A stretch of 64,000 nt of DNA from an uncultured Kofleriaceae bacterium (GCA_964516435.1 CAZEZP010000051.1:6467-70466), one strand, 5' to 3'. Shown: positions 47,781 to 59,770, numbered from the stretch's first letter. Numbers and translations: made by a program. The notes: generated from the sequence alone by a model not told the origin.

Positions 47781-49136
47781 ATGACACCGCAGGATCTGGA
47801 TAGCATGAAACGAAGCGACTTGTTGACACTGGCCAAGCAAATCGGAGTGAAGGGCTTTTCGCGCCTGACCAAGTCCGAATTGATTCAAAGCGTGATGGAA
47901 GCCGTGGAAAGGGGTGGGGACACCCTGAAAAAAGAACTCCAGAAGTTCCAGAAGCGGCTGGAAGCCGCGGCCGCCCCGCAGAGCCGTCCATCCGTGAAGA
48001 GCGAAACCGGTCCGCGCGCACGGGCCGCCACGGGTTCGCGGGCCAAACCCGAACTCACCGATCCGGAAACGGGTTCCGTCATTCCGCGGGAATCGGAAAC
48101 CCCGGAGCCGGCCGCGCCGGAAAAAACGGAAAAGCCCGCCACCCGCGCACGCAAGGACAAGGCCGCCAACGAGCCGGCCGACACGGCGGACGAGGAAGCC
48201 GCCGCCCGCACCCGGATGGAAGCCATGCGCTACGTGGATCCGCCGCTGTACCAGCGCGGCCAGTTGATCATGCCCGAGCAGTTGCGCGACATCGACCGGG
48301 ATCTGCCGGATCTGCCCATCGGCTACGGCGACGGCACCATCCACCTCATGCCGCGCGATCCCAAGTGGCTGTTCTGCTACTGGGACATTTCCGAGGAACG
48401 CCGGGCCGCAGCCGGCAAGTACAATTTCGGCCGCCTGTACCTGCGCCTGCATGACGTGACGCACGTGGTGTTCGACGGCTCCAACTCGTGGTCCATCCAC
48501 CAGTTCGCCCTCAACGAGGAAGCCCGCTGGTGGTACGTTCCCGTGCCGTCCGAGGGCCGCCACTTCCTGGCCGAACTGGGCTACCGCATGCCCGACGGCA
48601 CCTGGAATTCCCTTGGCACGTCCGACACGGTGATTCCGCCGCCCGGCGCCCCGAGCCCCTGGGTGCACGACGTGTTCATCTGCCTGCCTTTCGATCAGCC
48701 GCTGCCCGTGGTGCGGGGCGAAACCGCCTCCTGGCTGGAAGATTCCCTGGGCGGGCGCATTCCGGACCGCAACGCGCTGCCGCAGCCGCCGCTGTGGGGC
48801 AGCCCCGTGAATCCGCCGTCCCTGCAGCCGTTCCGGTTCGGCGTGGATGCGCCCTCGAGCCCGGCCGTCTCCTCGTTCGTGCAGTTGCGCAATGAAAACA
48901 ACGAACTGATGGCCGAATTCCCGCTCACCGTGAATGCCGCCCTGCGCGTATTCGGCGCCACCGCGCCGCACGTGCGCCTGGAAATCGACGGGCAGCCGCA
49001 CGAACTGGCGTCCGACGGCACCTTCTCCGTGGCCTTCCCCTTCCCCGAGGGTTCCCAGACCCACCGGGTGACGGCCCGCGCTGAGGACGGAAGCGAAAAA
49101 AGCGTCCAGATTTCGTTCCATCGTTTCGCCCGGTAG
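47781..49136 (+). CDS. Rho_N-domain protein with DUF4912-like C-terminal domain
   Basis: N-terminal Rho-termination-factor N-terminal-like helix motif (DSMKRSDLLTLAKQIGVKGFSRLTKSELIQSVMEA), an acidic or low-complexity linker, then a conserved domain (HLMPRDPKWLFCYWDISEE...). The latter is recalled as DUF4912, typically encoded beside GH57 branching enzymes. Confidence 0.65.
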   Translation: MTPQDLDSMKRSDLLTLAKQIGVKGFSRLTKSELIQSVMEAVERGGDTLKKELQKFQKRLEAAAAPQSRPSVKSETGPRARAATGSRAKPELTDPETGSVIPRESETPEPAAPEKTEKPATRARKDKAANEPADTADEEAAARTRMEAMRYVDPPLYQRGQLIMPEQLRDIDRDLPDLPIGYGDGTIHLMPRDPKWLFCYWDISEERRAAAGKYNFGRLYLRLHDVTHVVFDGSNSWSIHQFALNEEARWWYVPVPSEGRHFLAELGYRMPDGTWNSLGTSDTVIPPPGAPSPWVHDVFICLPFDQPLPVVRGETASWLEDSLGGRIPDRNALPQPPLWGSPVNPPSLQPFRFGVDAPSSPAVSSFVQLRNENNELMAEFPLTVNAALRVFGATAPHVRLEIDGQPHELASDGTFSVAFPFPEGSQTHRVTARAEDGSEKSVQISFHRFAR

Positions 49137-49226
49137 GCATTTTGGGGTTGCAAGGATTGCAGCAACGCCGCATCATCGTCCCCGGACCGAATCCCCCGCG
49201 CAAGCCGGGGTGAAGAGGAGAAACCC

Positions 49227-50807
49227 ATGTACAAAGGTTACCTGGCACTCGTCCTGCATGCGCACCTGCCGTTCGTGCGGCACCCCGAGTACAGCGATTT
49301 CCTGGAAGAAGACTGGCTCTACGAGGCCATCACCGAGACCTACATCCCCCTGCTGCTCATGTTCGAGCGGCTGCGCAACGACGGCGTGCCGTTCAAGTTG
49401 ACCATGTCGCTCACGCCGCCGCTTCTGTGCATGCTCACGGATCCGGTGCTCCAGATGCGCTACACGCGCCGCATCGAGACGCTGGTGGAACTGGCCGAAA
49501 AGGAACTCGTGCGCACGCGCGACCATGGCCATTTCCAGTACCTGGCGCGCCACTACCACCAGCAGTTCACGGAAATCCGCGACTACTGGCGCTCCTGGGA
49601 CGGCAACATCGTCAATGCCTTCAAGAAGTTCATGCACACGGGCGATCTGGACATCATCACCTGCGGCGCCACGCATGGCTACCTTCCGCTCATGCGCAAG
49701 ACGCCGGAGGCCGTCAACGCCCAGATCGCCGTGGCCGTGGACACGCACCAGCGCCTGCTGGGAACCAGCCCCACCGGCATCTGGCTGCCCGAATGCGGCT
49801 ACTACCCGGGCGTGGATCAGGTGCTCGCGCGCCACGGCATCCGCTATTTCGTGATGGACGCCCACGGTCTGCTCTTCGCGCATCCGCGGCCGCGCTACGG
49901 CAACCATGCCCCCATCTTCTGCGCCGGCTCGGGCGTGGCGGCCTTCGGGCGCGACATCGAAACGTCCGTGCAGGTCTGGAGCAAGGACTCGGGCTACCCC
50001 GGCGATCCGATGTACCGCGAATTCTACCGCGACATCGGCTACGACCTGCCGTTCGATTACATCGGCCCCTACGTGCAGCCCGACGGCAAGCGCAAGAATG
50101 TGGGCATCAAGTACCACCGCATCACCGGCAAGACCGACCAGAAGGAACTCTACGATCCGTACTGGGCGCGGGAACGCGCGGCCGTGCATGCAGGCAACTT
50201 CATGTTCAACCGGGAGCGGCAGATCGAGTACCTCAACGCCTCCATGGGACGCCCCCCCATCGTGGTGGCGCCCTACGATGCCGAACTCTTCGGCCACTGG
50301 TGGTACGAGGGCCCGTGGTGGCTGGAATTCCTGTTCCGCAAAGTGGCCTACGATCAGAACGTGTTCCGCATGACCCACATGCGCGAGTACCTGACGCTGC
50401 ATCCGGAGCAGCAGGTGGCCATTCCCGCCGAGAGCTCCTGGGGAGCGGCCGGCTACCACGAGTTCTGGCTCTCCGACGTCAACGCCTGGATCTACCCGCA
50501 CCTGCACAAGGCCGCCGAGCGCATGACCGAAGCGGCCCGCCGCTTCTACCACACGGAGCCGTTGCGCCAGCGGGTTCTCAACCAGATGGCGCGAGAACTG
50601 CTCCTGGCGCAGGCCTCCGACTGGGCCTTCATCATGAAGAGCGGCACCATGGTGGAATACGCCGAACGGCGCACCGTGAACCACATCCGCCGCTTCACCC
50701 GCCTGTACAACGAACTGAACTCCGGCCACATCGACGAAACCTGGCTCACCAAGGTGGAAGCACTGGACAACATCTTCCCGTACATCGATTACCACGTGTA
50801 CGCATAA
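49227..50807 (+). CDS. Glycoside hydrolase family 57 1,4-alpha-glucan branching enzyme (GH57 plus DUF1957 C-terminal domain)
   Basis: The N-terminus YLALVLHAHLPFVRHPE...LYEAITETYIPLL matches GH57 branching enzymes (compare Thermus TTHA1902 ALVLHAHLPYVR). Catalytic-region motifs WLPECGY and the C-terminal helical domain are present. Confidence 0.9.
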   Translation: MYKGYLALVLHAHLPFVRHPEYSDFLEEDWLYEAITETYIPLLLMFERLRNDGVPFKLTMSLTPPLLCMLTDPVLQMRYTRRIETLVELAEKELVRTRDHGHFQYLARHYHQQFTEIRDYWRSWDGNIVNAFKKFMHTGDLDIITCGATHGYLPLMRKTPEAVNAQIAVAVDTHQRLLGTSPTGIWLPECGYYPGVDQVLARHGIRYFVMDAHGLLFAHPRPRYGNHAPIFCAGSGVAAFGRDIETSVQVWSKDSGYPGDPMYREFYRDIGYDLPFDYIGPYVQPDGKRKNVGIKYHRITGKTDQKELYDPYWARERAAVHAGNFMFNRERQIEYLNASMGRPPIVVAPYDAELFGHWWYEGPWWLEFLFRKVAYDQNVFRMTHMREYLTLHPEQQVAIPAESSWGAAGYHEFWLSDVNAWIYPHLHKAAERMTEAARRFYHTEPLRQRVLNQMARELLLAQASDWAFIMKSGTMVEYAERRTVNHIRRFTRLYNELNSGHIDETWLTKVEALDNIFPYIDYHVYA

Positions 50808-50810
50808 GAC

Positions 50811-51959
50811 ATGTGGCTGCTGCTGGCGCTATCCCTATTCACCGCACCGCCGCTTCCGGCATCCGGACGCATCGTGAAGGGGGATTTGCGCGTGTACCGT
50901 GCTCCTGTCATCACCCGCGACGAAGCAGGTACCATCCGGGGAAACGGGCGCTACGCCATCCTGGAGCGCGGGGAACGCTGCCCGGAGGGCCGATGGTGGA
51001 AAATCGCGCCGCGCTACTGGGTGTGCTCGGGCTGGTTCATCCCCGGCGCCGAAGCCCCCGGGGATCTGGACGACTGGCCGGCTCTGGTGCCCGTCTCCGG
51101 CTGGTACCGCGGCCTGGAATCCCACAGCTACCTGGCCTCCTCCCGCAATGCCTTCCTGTCCGGCCGCTTCCGCCGCCTGCGCCAGTTGCGTGGATTCTTT
51201 CCCGTCCAGGAAATCGCGGCGGGAAACCGCAGGCTGCTGCAGTTGATTTCCGGCAATTTCATCGATGCGTCCGCGGTGGAACGCTTCCCCGACACGGCGC
51301 TTTCGGGCGCCACGGTCACCCGGGAACAGTTGCCGGCCGGATTCGTGACCGGCGCTCAGGCCCGCCTCTGGCGCAAGAATGAAAAAGGCACCTGGGAACC
51401 CGGCGAAACGGTGGAACGCTATTCTTTCTGGTTCCTCTCGTCCGGCGAGGAAGGGCGGATGGCGCTGCGCGAAAAGCCCGACCACGCCCTGCTGCAATCC
51501 GACCTGCGCATCGCCGTGGATCCGCCGCCCCCGCCGCCGGAGATCCGCGGCGAAGACGAACCCTGGGCGGATGTAGATCTCTCCCGGCAGATCCTCTATG
51601 CGTTCAAGGGCCGGAAACTGGTGCGCATCTTCCTGATTTCGGCGGCGGCCGAAACCCCCATCGGAATGCACCGGATCTACTGGAAGCAGGACCGCGCCAC
51701 GTTCGACCGGCAGCAGCAGCGCAACGCCTACTACCTGGAAGCCGTCCCCTTCGTGATGTATTTCAAGGACGCCTATGCCCTGCACGGCGCCTACTGGCAC
51801 AACGATTTCGGCAGCATCGAGACGCACGGCTGCGTGAATCTGGCGCCCGTGGATGCCCGCTGGCTGTTCTCGTTCCTGGCTCCCGCGCTGCCGCCCGGAT
51901 ACGCCTCCATCCGTTCGGATGCCACGTCACCCGGCAGTTGGATCCGCCTGCGGCGCTGA
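50811..51959 (+). CDS. L,D-transpeptidase (YkuD) domain protein, secreted
   Basis: Signal peptide. C-terminal YkuD catalytic motif HGAYWHNDFGSIETHGCVNLAPVDARWLF (His...Gly...Cys triad region). Starts 4 nt after the GH57 stop. Confidence 0.75.
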   Translation: MWLLLALSLFTAPPLPASGRIVKGDLRVYRAPVITRDEAGTIRGNGRYAILERGERCPEGRWWKIAPRYWVCSGWFIPGAEAPGDLDDWPALVPVSGWYRGLESHSYLASSRNAFLSGRFRRLRQLRGFFPVQEIAAGNRRLLQLISGNFIDASAVERFPDTALSGATVTREQLPAGFVTGAQARLWRKNEKGTWEPGETVERYSFWFLSSGEEGRMALREKPDHALLQSDLRIAVDPPPPPPEIRGEDEPWADVDLSRQILYAFKGRKLVRIFLISAAAETPIGMHRIYWKQDRATFDRQQQRNAYYLEAVPFVMYFKDAYALHGAYWHNDFGSIETHGCVNLAPVDARWLFSFLAPALPPGYASIRSDATSPGSWIRLRR

Positions 51960-52086
51960 CGCGCGTTTCTTCCCCAGCCAGGCCTGCGCAGGCACTGGCA
52001 TCCCCGGGCCCCCGGATCCGTTTACAGTTGGCGCTGCCTTTTCCCCTTTCGTTTTGGATATCTTTACGAATTCCGGACAACCGGCA

Positions 52087-54156
52087 TCATTTGGCAGGGC
52101 CGCCAGGGCCCTCGATCTTGGGCGGAACCAGGAACCACACGTCGCGGGTGTCCAGCAGGGCGCCGGCCAATCCATGGACCTCCACGGTAGCGCGGAACAT
52201 CTGCGGCGTGGTGGCCGGCTGCACACTCACGTTGGACTTGGCCACGATCTTCCAGCACACTGGGTTGCCCGGCAGAACGCCCACAAACTTGTCGGGATGC
52301 CCGTTGCCAGAGGAATCCACCGTGTTGTAGCCCGCCGGGCAGGTGGAATCCTGGGGCACCATGAACACCTCGATGTAGTCGATGAAGGCAGAAGGTGCAT
52401 CGACGGGAGCTCCATGCGAATCCACGTTGGCGGGGTCGTTGAGAATCCAGGCTTCCACGTCCTGCGGGACGAAGGCTCCCACGGCCTGCACGGCGCAGGA
52501 AAGCGCCAGACCGGCGTTGGCGTTGTCGCCGCGCACCATGGCCCGCGAGTTCCAGAACACACCGGCGCCGGCTTGAGCACAGGCCGGAATGGTGGCCGCC
52601 GCGTTGGCATCGATGGCGGGAACCAGATACGTATTGTTGGACATGGCATTGCCCAGTCCGTTGAGCAGGTTGTTGATGTCGGTCGAAGTCCCGGCACCAT
52701 AATCCACGATGATGCGCGCACCCGCGTTGTAGATGTCGTTGTAGGCCGACTGGAAATTGGGGTACAGGGGATCCTCGTCCAGATCCTCGTCGGTCACCAG
52801 CAGCAGCAGTCGCAGCGCGCCGTCGCGGAAGCAGCCGCGCCCCACGCGAGCCGGATCCGTCGGGCAAGTGGACGTGACGATGCCGCGCATCGCCGATACG
52901 GGGTGTTCGTTGTAGCCAGGCGCCTGGGTCGGCAGTTTGTTGTAGGTGCACTGGGCGTCGGGCCCCGGATCCGAAGGCACGTTGTTGTCGTCGATGGTCT
53001 TGAGGATGGTGTAGGACGGGGAGCCTTCGCCGAATACGGTCACGCCGGTCTGCACATCGGGCACGCAGTGGTCGATGGACGGATTTTCGCCAGGACCGCA
53101 CACCACGTCGTTGAGCATGGTCGCGAGATTGGCGCGCACAGCGTTGATTTCTTCAGACATGGAACCAGATACGTCCATCAGGAACATCATGTCCAGTTTC
53201 TGGAAGGCCGTGGAAAAATTGAGCACGTCGTCGGCCGGGTCGGGCGCCTCCTGATAAGGCTCCACGAACACGAAATCCCCGTTGGCCCGCGGATTGTCAG
53301 CCGTATTCTGCGGATCGGTGCCGGCCGCCATCTCGATCAGATCGCTCACCCCGTCGCCGTCCGTATCGGCCACGCGCGGATTGCTCTCCCCGGGGTCCAG
53401 CATACCGTTGAGGTTGGTGTCCTCCTGGCCATCGGGCAAGCCATCGTTGTCGGAGTCCACATCCAGGAAGTCGTAATGCCCGTCGCCGTCGGAATCCACG
53501 GGCTGGGCCCGGATGTCGCCATTGGTGCCGCCTTCCCAGGAATCCGGAATGCCGTCGTTGTCGGAATCCGTGTCCCGGAAATTCATGACGCCATCCCCGT
53601 CGGTGTCCCGGTAGGTCTCGAAGAGATCCCCGATCCCGTCGTTGTCGGAATCCGGATCGTTGTAATCGGCAACACTGTCCCGGTCCGTATCCGGAATTCC
53701 CTGGGAGGGATCCCCGATCTCGATGGTATCCGGAATGTAATCCCCGTCGTTGTCGGGATCCCGGAAATCCTGCGTTCCGTCGGAATCCACGTCGCCGGCG
53801 CCCTCGATGATGTCCATGATGGCGTTGGCATCGGAATCCATGTCGATGAAGTTGGGATTCCCGTCCATGTCGATATCGTCCGGCGGCGTGCACGTGTCCA
53901 GATCGCCGGCTTCCGTACGGTCCGGAATGCCGTCGTTGTCGGAATCGTCATCGAGATAATTGGGGGTTCCGTCACCGTCGTAGTCGGCATTCTGCGCCTT
54001 GCCTTCGTCGAAGTCGCAAATGGTGTCGCCATCGGAATCCTGGCAGTTGCACCGATCCACGTTGTTGGTGTTGTTGGCGGAATTGTTGCTCTTGCGTTCC
54101 GGGGAACATCCGAATACCACGAGGAGGAAAACCGAAAAGGCAAGGATTCGTTTCAT
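52087..54156 (-). CDS. Lipoprotein with thrombospondin type-3 (Ca-binding) repeats and C-terminal vWA-like domain
   Basis: [17 protein letters not shown] lipobox. More than 12 D.D.DG..D..D repeats ([17 protein letters not shown] and so on). C-terminal region has a MIDAS-like DVSGSM motif and vWA-like length. Confidence 0.7.
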   Translation of the reverse strand: MKRILAFSVFLLVVFGCSPERKSNNSANNTNNVDRCNCQDSDGDTICDFDEGKAQNADYDGDGTPNYLDDDSDNDGIPDRTEAGDLDTCTPPDDIDMDGNPNFIDMDSDANAIMDIIEGAGDVDSDGTQDFRDPDNDGDYIPDTIEIGDPSQGIPDTDRDSVADYNDPDSDNDGIGDLFETYRDTDGDGVMNFRDTDSDNDGIPDSWEGGTNGDIRAQPVDSDGDGHYDFLDVDSDNDGLPDGQEDTNLNGMLDPGESNPRVADTDGDGVSDLIEMAAGTDPQNTADNPRANGDFVFVEPYQEAPDPADDVLNFSTAFQKLDMMFLMDVSGSMSEEINAVRANLATMLNDVVCGPGENPSIDHCVPDVQTGVTVFGEGSPSYTILKTIDDNNVPSDPGPDAQCTYNKLPTQAPGYNEHPVSAMRGIVTSTCPTDPARVGRGCFRDGALRLLLLVTDEDLDEDPLYPNFQSAYNDIYNAGARIIVDYGAGTSTDINNLLNGLGNAMSNNTYLVPAIDANAAATIPACAQAGAGVFWNSRAMVRGDNANAGLALSCAVQAVGAFVPQDVEAWILNDPANVDSHGAPVDAPSAFIDYIEVFMVPQDSTCPAGYNTVDSSGNGHPDKFVGVLPGNPVCWKIVAKSNVSVQPATTPQMFRATVEVHGLAGALLDTRDVWFLVPPKIEGPGGPAK

Positions 54157-54325
54157 CTCAGCACCTGTTCCGTCGGAAAAGAGGTTTCAGAAGCCATGCG
54201 GGATACCCGCACAAAGTATAATCGGGCCTGCTGCAAATGCCATGAAAAAGTCAAGAAAAAAGCTGTACTTCGCACGGATTTCGGGATTCAATGGAGCCCT
54301 TCCCCGTTTCCAAATGGAGGTTCAC

Positions 54326-55555
54326 ATGAAAACGTGGTTGATTCTATCCCTGTCGCTGTCCCTGTTCGCCTGCAACAAGAAGAAGGAAGAAAAACCTCAA
54401 GACAAGCCGGCCAAGGTCGAGCCGGCCAAACCCGCCGAACCGGCCCTTGTGGAAGCCAAGGGAGTCAAGCCGGAAGACGAGAAGGTGGAGTGCAATTCCA
54501 CTTCCTGCACCGTGTCGGTGATCACCAAGGCGGTGAAAACAGAAATCGAAAAGCAGAAGGATTACCAGGAACTCACCGTCATCTTCCGGGAAGGCACCGG
54601 AAACGAATTCTTCAAGACGGTGGCCAACCTGCCGTGGCTTCGCCGGCTGGACATCTCCCGCACGTCCGTGGACACGCTCGCCCCGCTGGAAAAACTCGAG
54701 AAACTCGAGGAACTGCGCGCCTCCTCCCTGAAGTGGGACGACAACAAGGACCGCACGAAGCGCCTGGACATCAGCGCGCTCAAGGGGCTCAGGAAACTGA
54801 AGAAACTGGACTTCTACGGCACCCCCGTAGCCAAGTGGGAAGTGCTCGCGGATGCCACCGACCTGGTGGAACTGAACTTCTACATGAGCGAGGTGGAAAA
54901 CATCGATTTCGCCAAAAAGTTGGTGAACCTGGAGTTGTTCGATCTGTACGCCTGCCCCGTGAAGGATCTCTCGCCCCTGGAAGGTCTCACGAAACTGCGC
55001 AAACTCAACCTGTACATGGGCAAGGCCGAGGATTTCTCGGTGCTCTCCAAGCTCACCCGACTGGAGGAAATCTGGCTGCAGTTCACCAGTTTCTCGGACC
55101 TGAACCTGCTCGCCGGCGCCACGAAGATGAAGCGCCTGTACCTGTCGTGGCTCAAGGGCAAGCTCACCGACATCTCGGCCGTGAAGAACTTCCCCGAACT
55201 GGAGAGTTTTTCCGCGTCGGATACGCCCATCGAGAAAATCGACGGGATTTCCGCATGCAAGAAACTCGCGAGCCTGGACCTCTCGGGCACGAAAATCAAG
55301 GACATCAAGGCGCTGGACGGACTGACCGAGTTGTCGAGCGTGAGCCTGGCCAAGACGGAAGTGAAGGACCTCGCCCCCCTGGCCAAGTCCGTGAACCTGT
55401 GGTCGCTGGACATCTCCGGCACCAAGGTGAAGTCCCTGGCGCCGCTGAAGAACTGCACGAAGCTCAGTTCCATCACCGTTTCCAAGGGATTTCCCAAGGG
55501 CGAAATCGAGAAACTCAAGAAAAACAATCCCAAACTGCGGGTGAACGAGCGCTAG
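54326..55555 (+). CDS. Leucine-rich-repeat lipoprotein (internalin-like LRR)
   Basis: GGAGG RBS 6 nt before the ATG. MKTWLILSLSLSLFAC lipobox, a Lys/Pro/Glu-rich linker, then about 12 LRR units of about 22 aa (L..L..L.L..T.V.DL.PL..L). Confidence 0.75.
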   Translation: MKTWLILSLSLSLFACNKKKEEKPQDKPAKVEPAKPAEPALVEAKGVKPEDEKVECNSTSCTVSVITKAVKTEIEKQKDYQELTVIFREGTGNEFFKTVANLPWLRRLDISRTSVDTLAPLEKLEKLEELRASSLKWDDNKDRTKRLDISALKGLRKLKKLDFYGTPVAKWEVLADATDLVELNFYMSEVENIDFAKKLVNLELFDLYACPVKDLSPLEGLTKLRKLNLYMGKAEDFSVLSKLTRLEEIWLQFTSFSDLNLLAGATKMKRLYLSWLKGKLTDISAVKNFPELESFSASDTPIEKIDGISACKKLASLDLSGTKIKDIKALDGLTELSSVSLAKTEVKDLAPLAKSVNLWSLDISGTKVKSLAPLKNCTKLSSITVSKGFPKGEIEKLKKNNPKLRVNER

Positions 55556-55683
55556 CCGCCCCGGCGCCGCAAAACTGCGAGTTTCGCCCCATATCGCTTT
55601 TTCCCAAAATGTGATAAAGGTGCCCCACCCGTTTCGGCCGGGAGGTCGCCGCCGCCGGCGGGTGGCGGCAAGGAGATGGTGTC

Positions 55684-57027
55684 ATGCGCATCGTGATCAT
55701 GGGCGGCGGACAAGTGGGCGAACAGTTGGCCCGGGTGCTCACGCAGGACACGCTGGACGTGGTGCTCATCGAGCAGGACGAGGACCGGGCGCGCACGCTC
55801 GAGGACATCCTCGACATCCAGGTGGTGACCGGTTCCGGTGTCTCCGTCCAGTTGCTGCGCCGCTGCGGAATCGCCGAGACGGACCTGTTCATCTCGGCCA
55901 GCGGCAACGACGAGGCCAATCTGGTGGGCGCATCCCTGGCCAAGAAACTGGGCGCCAAGAAAGCCATCGCCCGCATCGGCAGCGTGGAATATTTCAAGGA
56001 CGCCGTGGAACTGGCCGGTGCCTTCCACGTGGATCAGATCCTCTCCCCCCAGGAACTGACGGCCAGTTACGCCATGGAATATCTCAAAAGCCCGGGCAGC
56101 GTTTCCCTGGACGTCTTCCTCGATGGACAGGTGTACGCCCGCACCTACACGATCGGCAGCGATTCGCCCCTGGTGGACAAGGCCCTCGTGGACACGAAGG
56201 GCATTTTGCCCGAACACGTCCTGGTGGCACTCATCCGGCGCGAAAGCCAGAGCATCATTCCCGGCGGCGGCGACGTCCTCCGGGAAAACGACGTGGTGAC
56301 GTTCATAGGCAAATCGCAAAAATTCGAAAAACTGGAGAAGATGGTTTCCGCCAAGGCGGCCATCAAGGGGACCGTCACCATTGCCGGCGCGTCCTCGGTG
56401 GGGGTTTTCCTGGCGCAGAAACTCATCAACGGTGGGGTGTACAATGTCCGCCTCCTGGAGCGCAACGAAGCTCGTGCCCGGGAAGTGTCCGAAATCCTGA
56501 ATCGGGAAGTCCTCGTGCTGGACGCCACCTCCCAGGACGCGCTCGCCGAGGCGCACCTGGAAGCATCGGCGGCCTTCGTCGCCGCCACGGACACCGACGA
56601 CCGCAACATCCTGGCCGCGCTCATCGCGCGGGAATTCGGCGTGCCGCTGCGGCTGGCGGTGGTGCGCCAGCAGGATCTCTCCCGCATCACCCGCCAGTTG
56701 GACATCAATCACATCCTGGTGCCGCGGGAAATTTTTGCCGACCGCGTACTGGAAACCATCCGCTCGAAGGAATGCCTGTTCCGGCGCGTCCTGGAAAGCG
56801 ACCAGGCGGAAATCCTGGAATTCAAGGTCAAGGAGAACTCCGCCGTCGCCAATACGGTCATCCACCTGGCGGGATTCCCCAGGCAGAGCCTGGTGGCCGC
56901 CATCCACAACCGGACCAAGACGTTCATCGCCAATGGCCAGGACATCATCCGGCCCGGGGACCGGGTGGTCGTGCTGGCCAAACGGGAAGTGGTTCCCGAC
57001 GTCATCGACCTCTTCCGGGAACGATGA
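55684..57027 (+). CDS. trkA: Trk system potassium uptake protein TrkA (two RCK/KTN domains)
   Basis: MRIVIMGGGQVGEQLA Rossmann motif plus a second RCK_N half (VTIAGASSVGVFLAQKL). 447 aa, typical TrkA length. Confidence 0.9.
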   Translation: MRIVIMGGGQVGEQLARVLTQDTLDVVLIEQDEDRARTLEDILDIQVVTGSGVSVQLLRRCGIAETDLFISASGNDEANLVGASLAKKLGAKKAIARIGSVEYFKDAVELAGAFHVDQILSPQELTASYAMEYLKSPGSVSLDVFLDGQVYARTYTIGSDSPLVDKALVDTKGILPEHVLVALIRRESQSIIPGGGDVLRENDVVTFIGKSQKFEKLEKMVSAKAAIKGTVTIAGASSVGVFLAQKLINGGVYNVRLLERNEARAREVSEILNREVLVLDATSQDALAEAHLEASAAFVAATDTDDRNILAALIAREFGVPLRLAVVRQQDLSRITRQLDINHILVPREIFADRVLETIRSKECLFRRVLESDQAEILEFKVKENSAVANTVIHLAGFPRQSLVAAIHNRTKTFIANGQDIIRPGDRVVVLAKREVVPDVIDLFRER

Positions 57028-57039
57028 GGACTTCGCGCC

Positions 57040-58488
<1,449 letters not shown>

Positions 58489-58618
58489 TTTCTGAACGCG
58501 ACTCGCCGGGAAATCCAGAAAAAGGAAAAAAGGATTGACGGCACCCATCGAATTCGATAGAAGGATTCCGAAATTTTCTCGCCCCTGAAAAACCGGCGAA
58601 ATAATGAAAGGAGAACTC

Positions 58619-59770
58619 ATGAAGAAAGTGTGGTTGAAACTCGGGTTGTTCGTTTTCGCCCTCACCTCCTGCGGCGGCCAGATGGCGGGAGCGGGACAGA
58701 TTTCCGGCTCCGGAAGCGCCTCCGTGGAGGCCAAGGGAGGATTCGATGCAAGCTGCCGCCGGGACTTCGGCACCAACGATGCCGCGCGCCGGCTGGAAGC
58801 CTTCATCGCCGCCGCAGATCGCTTCGCCACCACGGCCAATGAAATCAAGGGGACGCTTCTGGGCGCCTGCCGCAAGATGGGACGCGCCCTGGACATGCCG
58901 GATGCCGAACTTGCCGCCGGCGGGGATGACGCCGTGCGGGTGGTGTGCCAGAACGTGAGCCGCCGGCTGCAGGCGGAAATGCAGGCGCTTCGCGCCCAGG
59001 CGGGCATCACGGTCACGGTGCGCTCGCGGCCCCCGCGCTGTACGGTGGACGTGGACGCGGCCGCCCGCTGCACGGCCGAATGCGACGTGCGCGTGCAACC
59101 CGGCGTGGTGGACGTGGAATGCTCCGGCGGCGAACTGCGCGGCGGCTGCTCGGCCCAGTGCACCGGTTCCTGCGCCCTGGACGTGGAAGCCTCCTGCGCC
59201 GGCACCTGCGAAGGCATGTGCGAAGGTCAGTGCTCGGCCACCAACAGCGACGGCTCCTGCGCGGGCACCTGCAATGGTACCTGCCGCGGCCAGTGCGTGA
59301 CGCAGGTCTCCGGCGGCTGCTCCGGTGAATGCCGCGGCGGCTGCTCCGTGGCTTTCACCAAGCCCCGCTGCACCGGCGTGGTGAAGCCGCCCAAGGCCAG
59401 CGCGGACTGCCAGGCCGCCTGCGACGCCCGCCTGAAGGCGGAAGTGGATTGCGAACCCGGCCAGATGGACGTGGCCATCACCGGCAACCTCGGGCCGGAT
59501 TTCCAGGCCCGCGCCCAGAACCTGGCCCGCGCCATCCGGGAAGGCATGGGCACCGTGCTCACCGTGCGCGAGCGCGTGCAGCGCCTGAAGGAATCCGGCG
59601 CGACCGTGGTGCGGCTGGCCGATGCCCTGCGCCGTGACGTGACCTCCTTCGGCATGGCCGCCGTGGGCTGCGTGGGAAGCTCGCTGTCCGCCCTCCAGCA
59701 GGCCATGGCCTCGGTGACCATCACCGTCGAAGTCTCCGTGCAGGTCTCCGGCTCCATTTCCGCCCGCTGA
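58619..59770 (+). CDS. Hypothetical cysteine-rich lipoprotein
   Basis: MKKVWLKLGLFVFALTSC lipobox. The central region is a ladder of C.G.C / C.G.C.G.C motifs (CTGSCALDVEASCAGTCEGMCEGQCSATNSDGSCAGTCNGTCRGQCV...GCSGECRGGCS). No known domain recognised. Confidence 0.5.
   Translation: MKKVWLKLGLFVFALTSCGGQMAGAGQISGSGSASVEAKGGFDASCRRDFGTNDAARRLEAFIAAADRFATTANEIKGTLLGACRKMGRALDMPDAELAAGGDDAVRVVCQNVSRRLQAEMQALRAQAGITVTVRSRPPRCTVDVDAAARCTAECDVRVQPGVVDVECSGGELRGGCSAQCTGSCALDVEASCAGTCEGMCEGQCSATNSDGSCAGTCNGTCRGQCVTQVSGGCSGECRGGCSVAFTKPRCTGVVKPPKASADCQAACDARLKAEVDCEPGQMDVAITGNLGPDFQARAQNLARAIREGMGTVLTVRERVQRLKESGATVVRLADALRRDVTSFGMAAVGCVGSSLSALQQAMASVTITVEVSVQVSGSISAR

Noticed and set aside
49173-51382. 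Long ORFs overlapping the GH57 gene on both strands (49173..50795 -, 49427..51382 +)
   Set aside because: Alternate frame and antisense artefacts of GC-rich coding sequence. The GH57 frame has clear family motifs.
51853-55614. 1253-aa plus-strand ORF spanning the TSP3 lipoprotein (antisense) and the LRR gene (other frame)
   Set aside because: V/G/H/R-rich composition, no signal or motifs. Real genes on both sides are well supported (lipobox plus TSP3 repeats; RBS plus LRR repeats).
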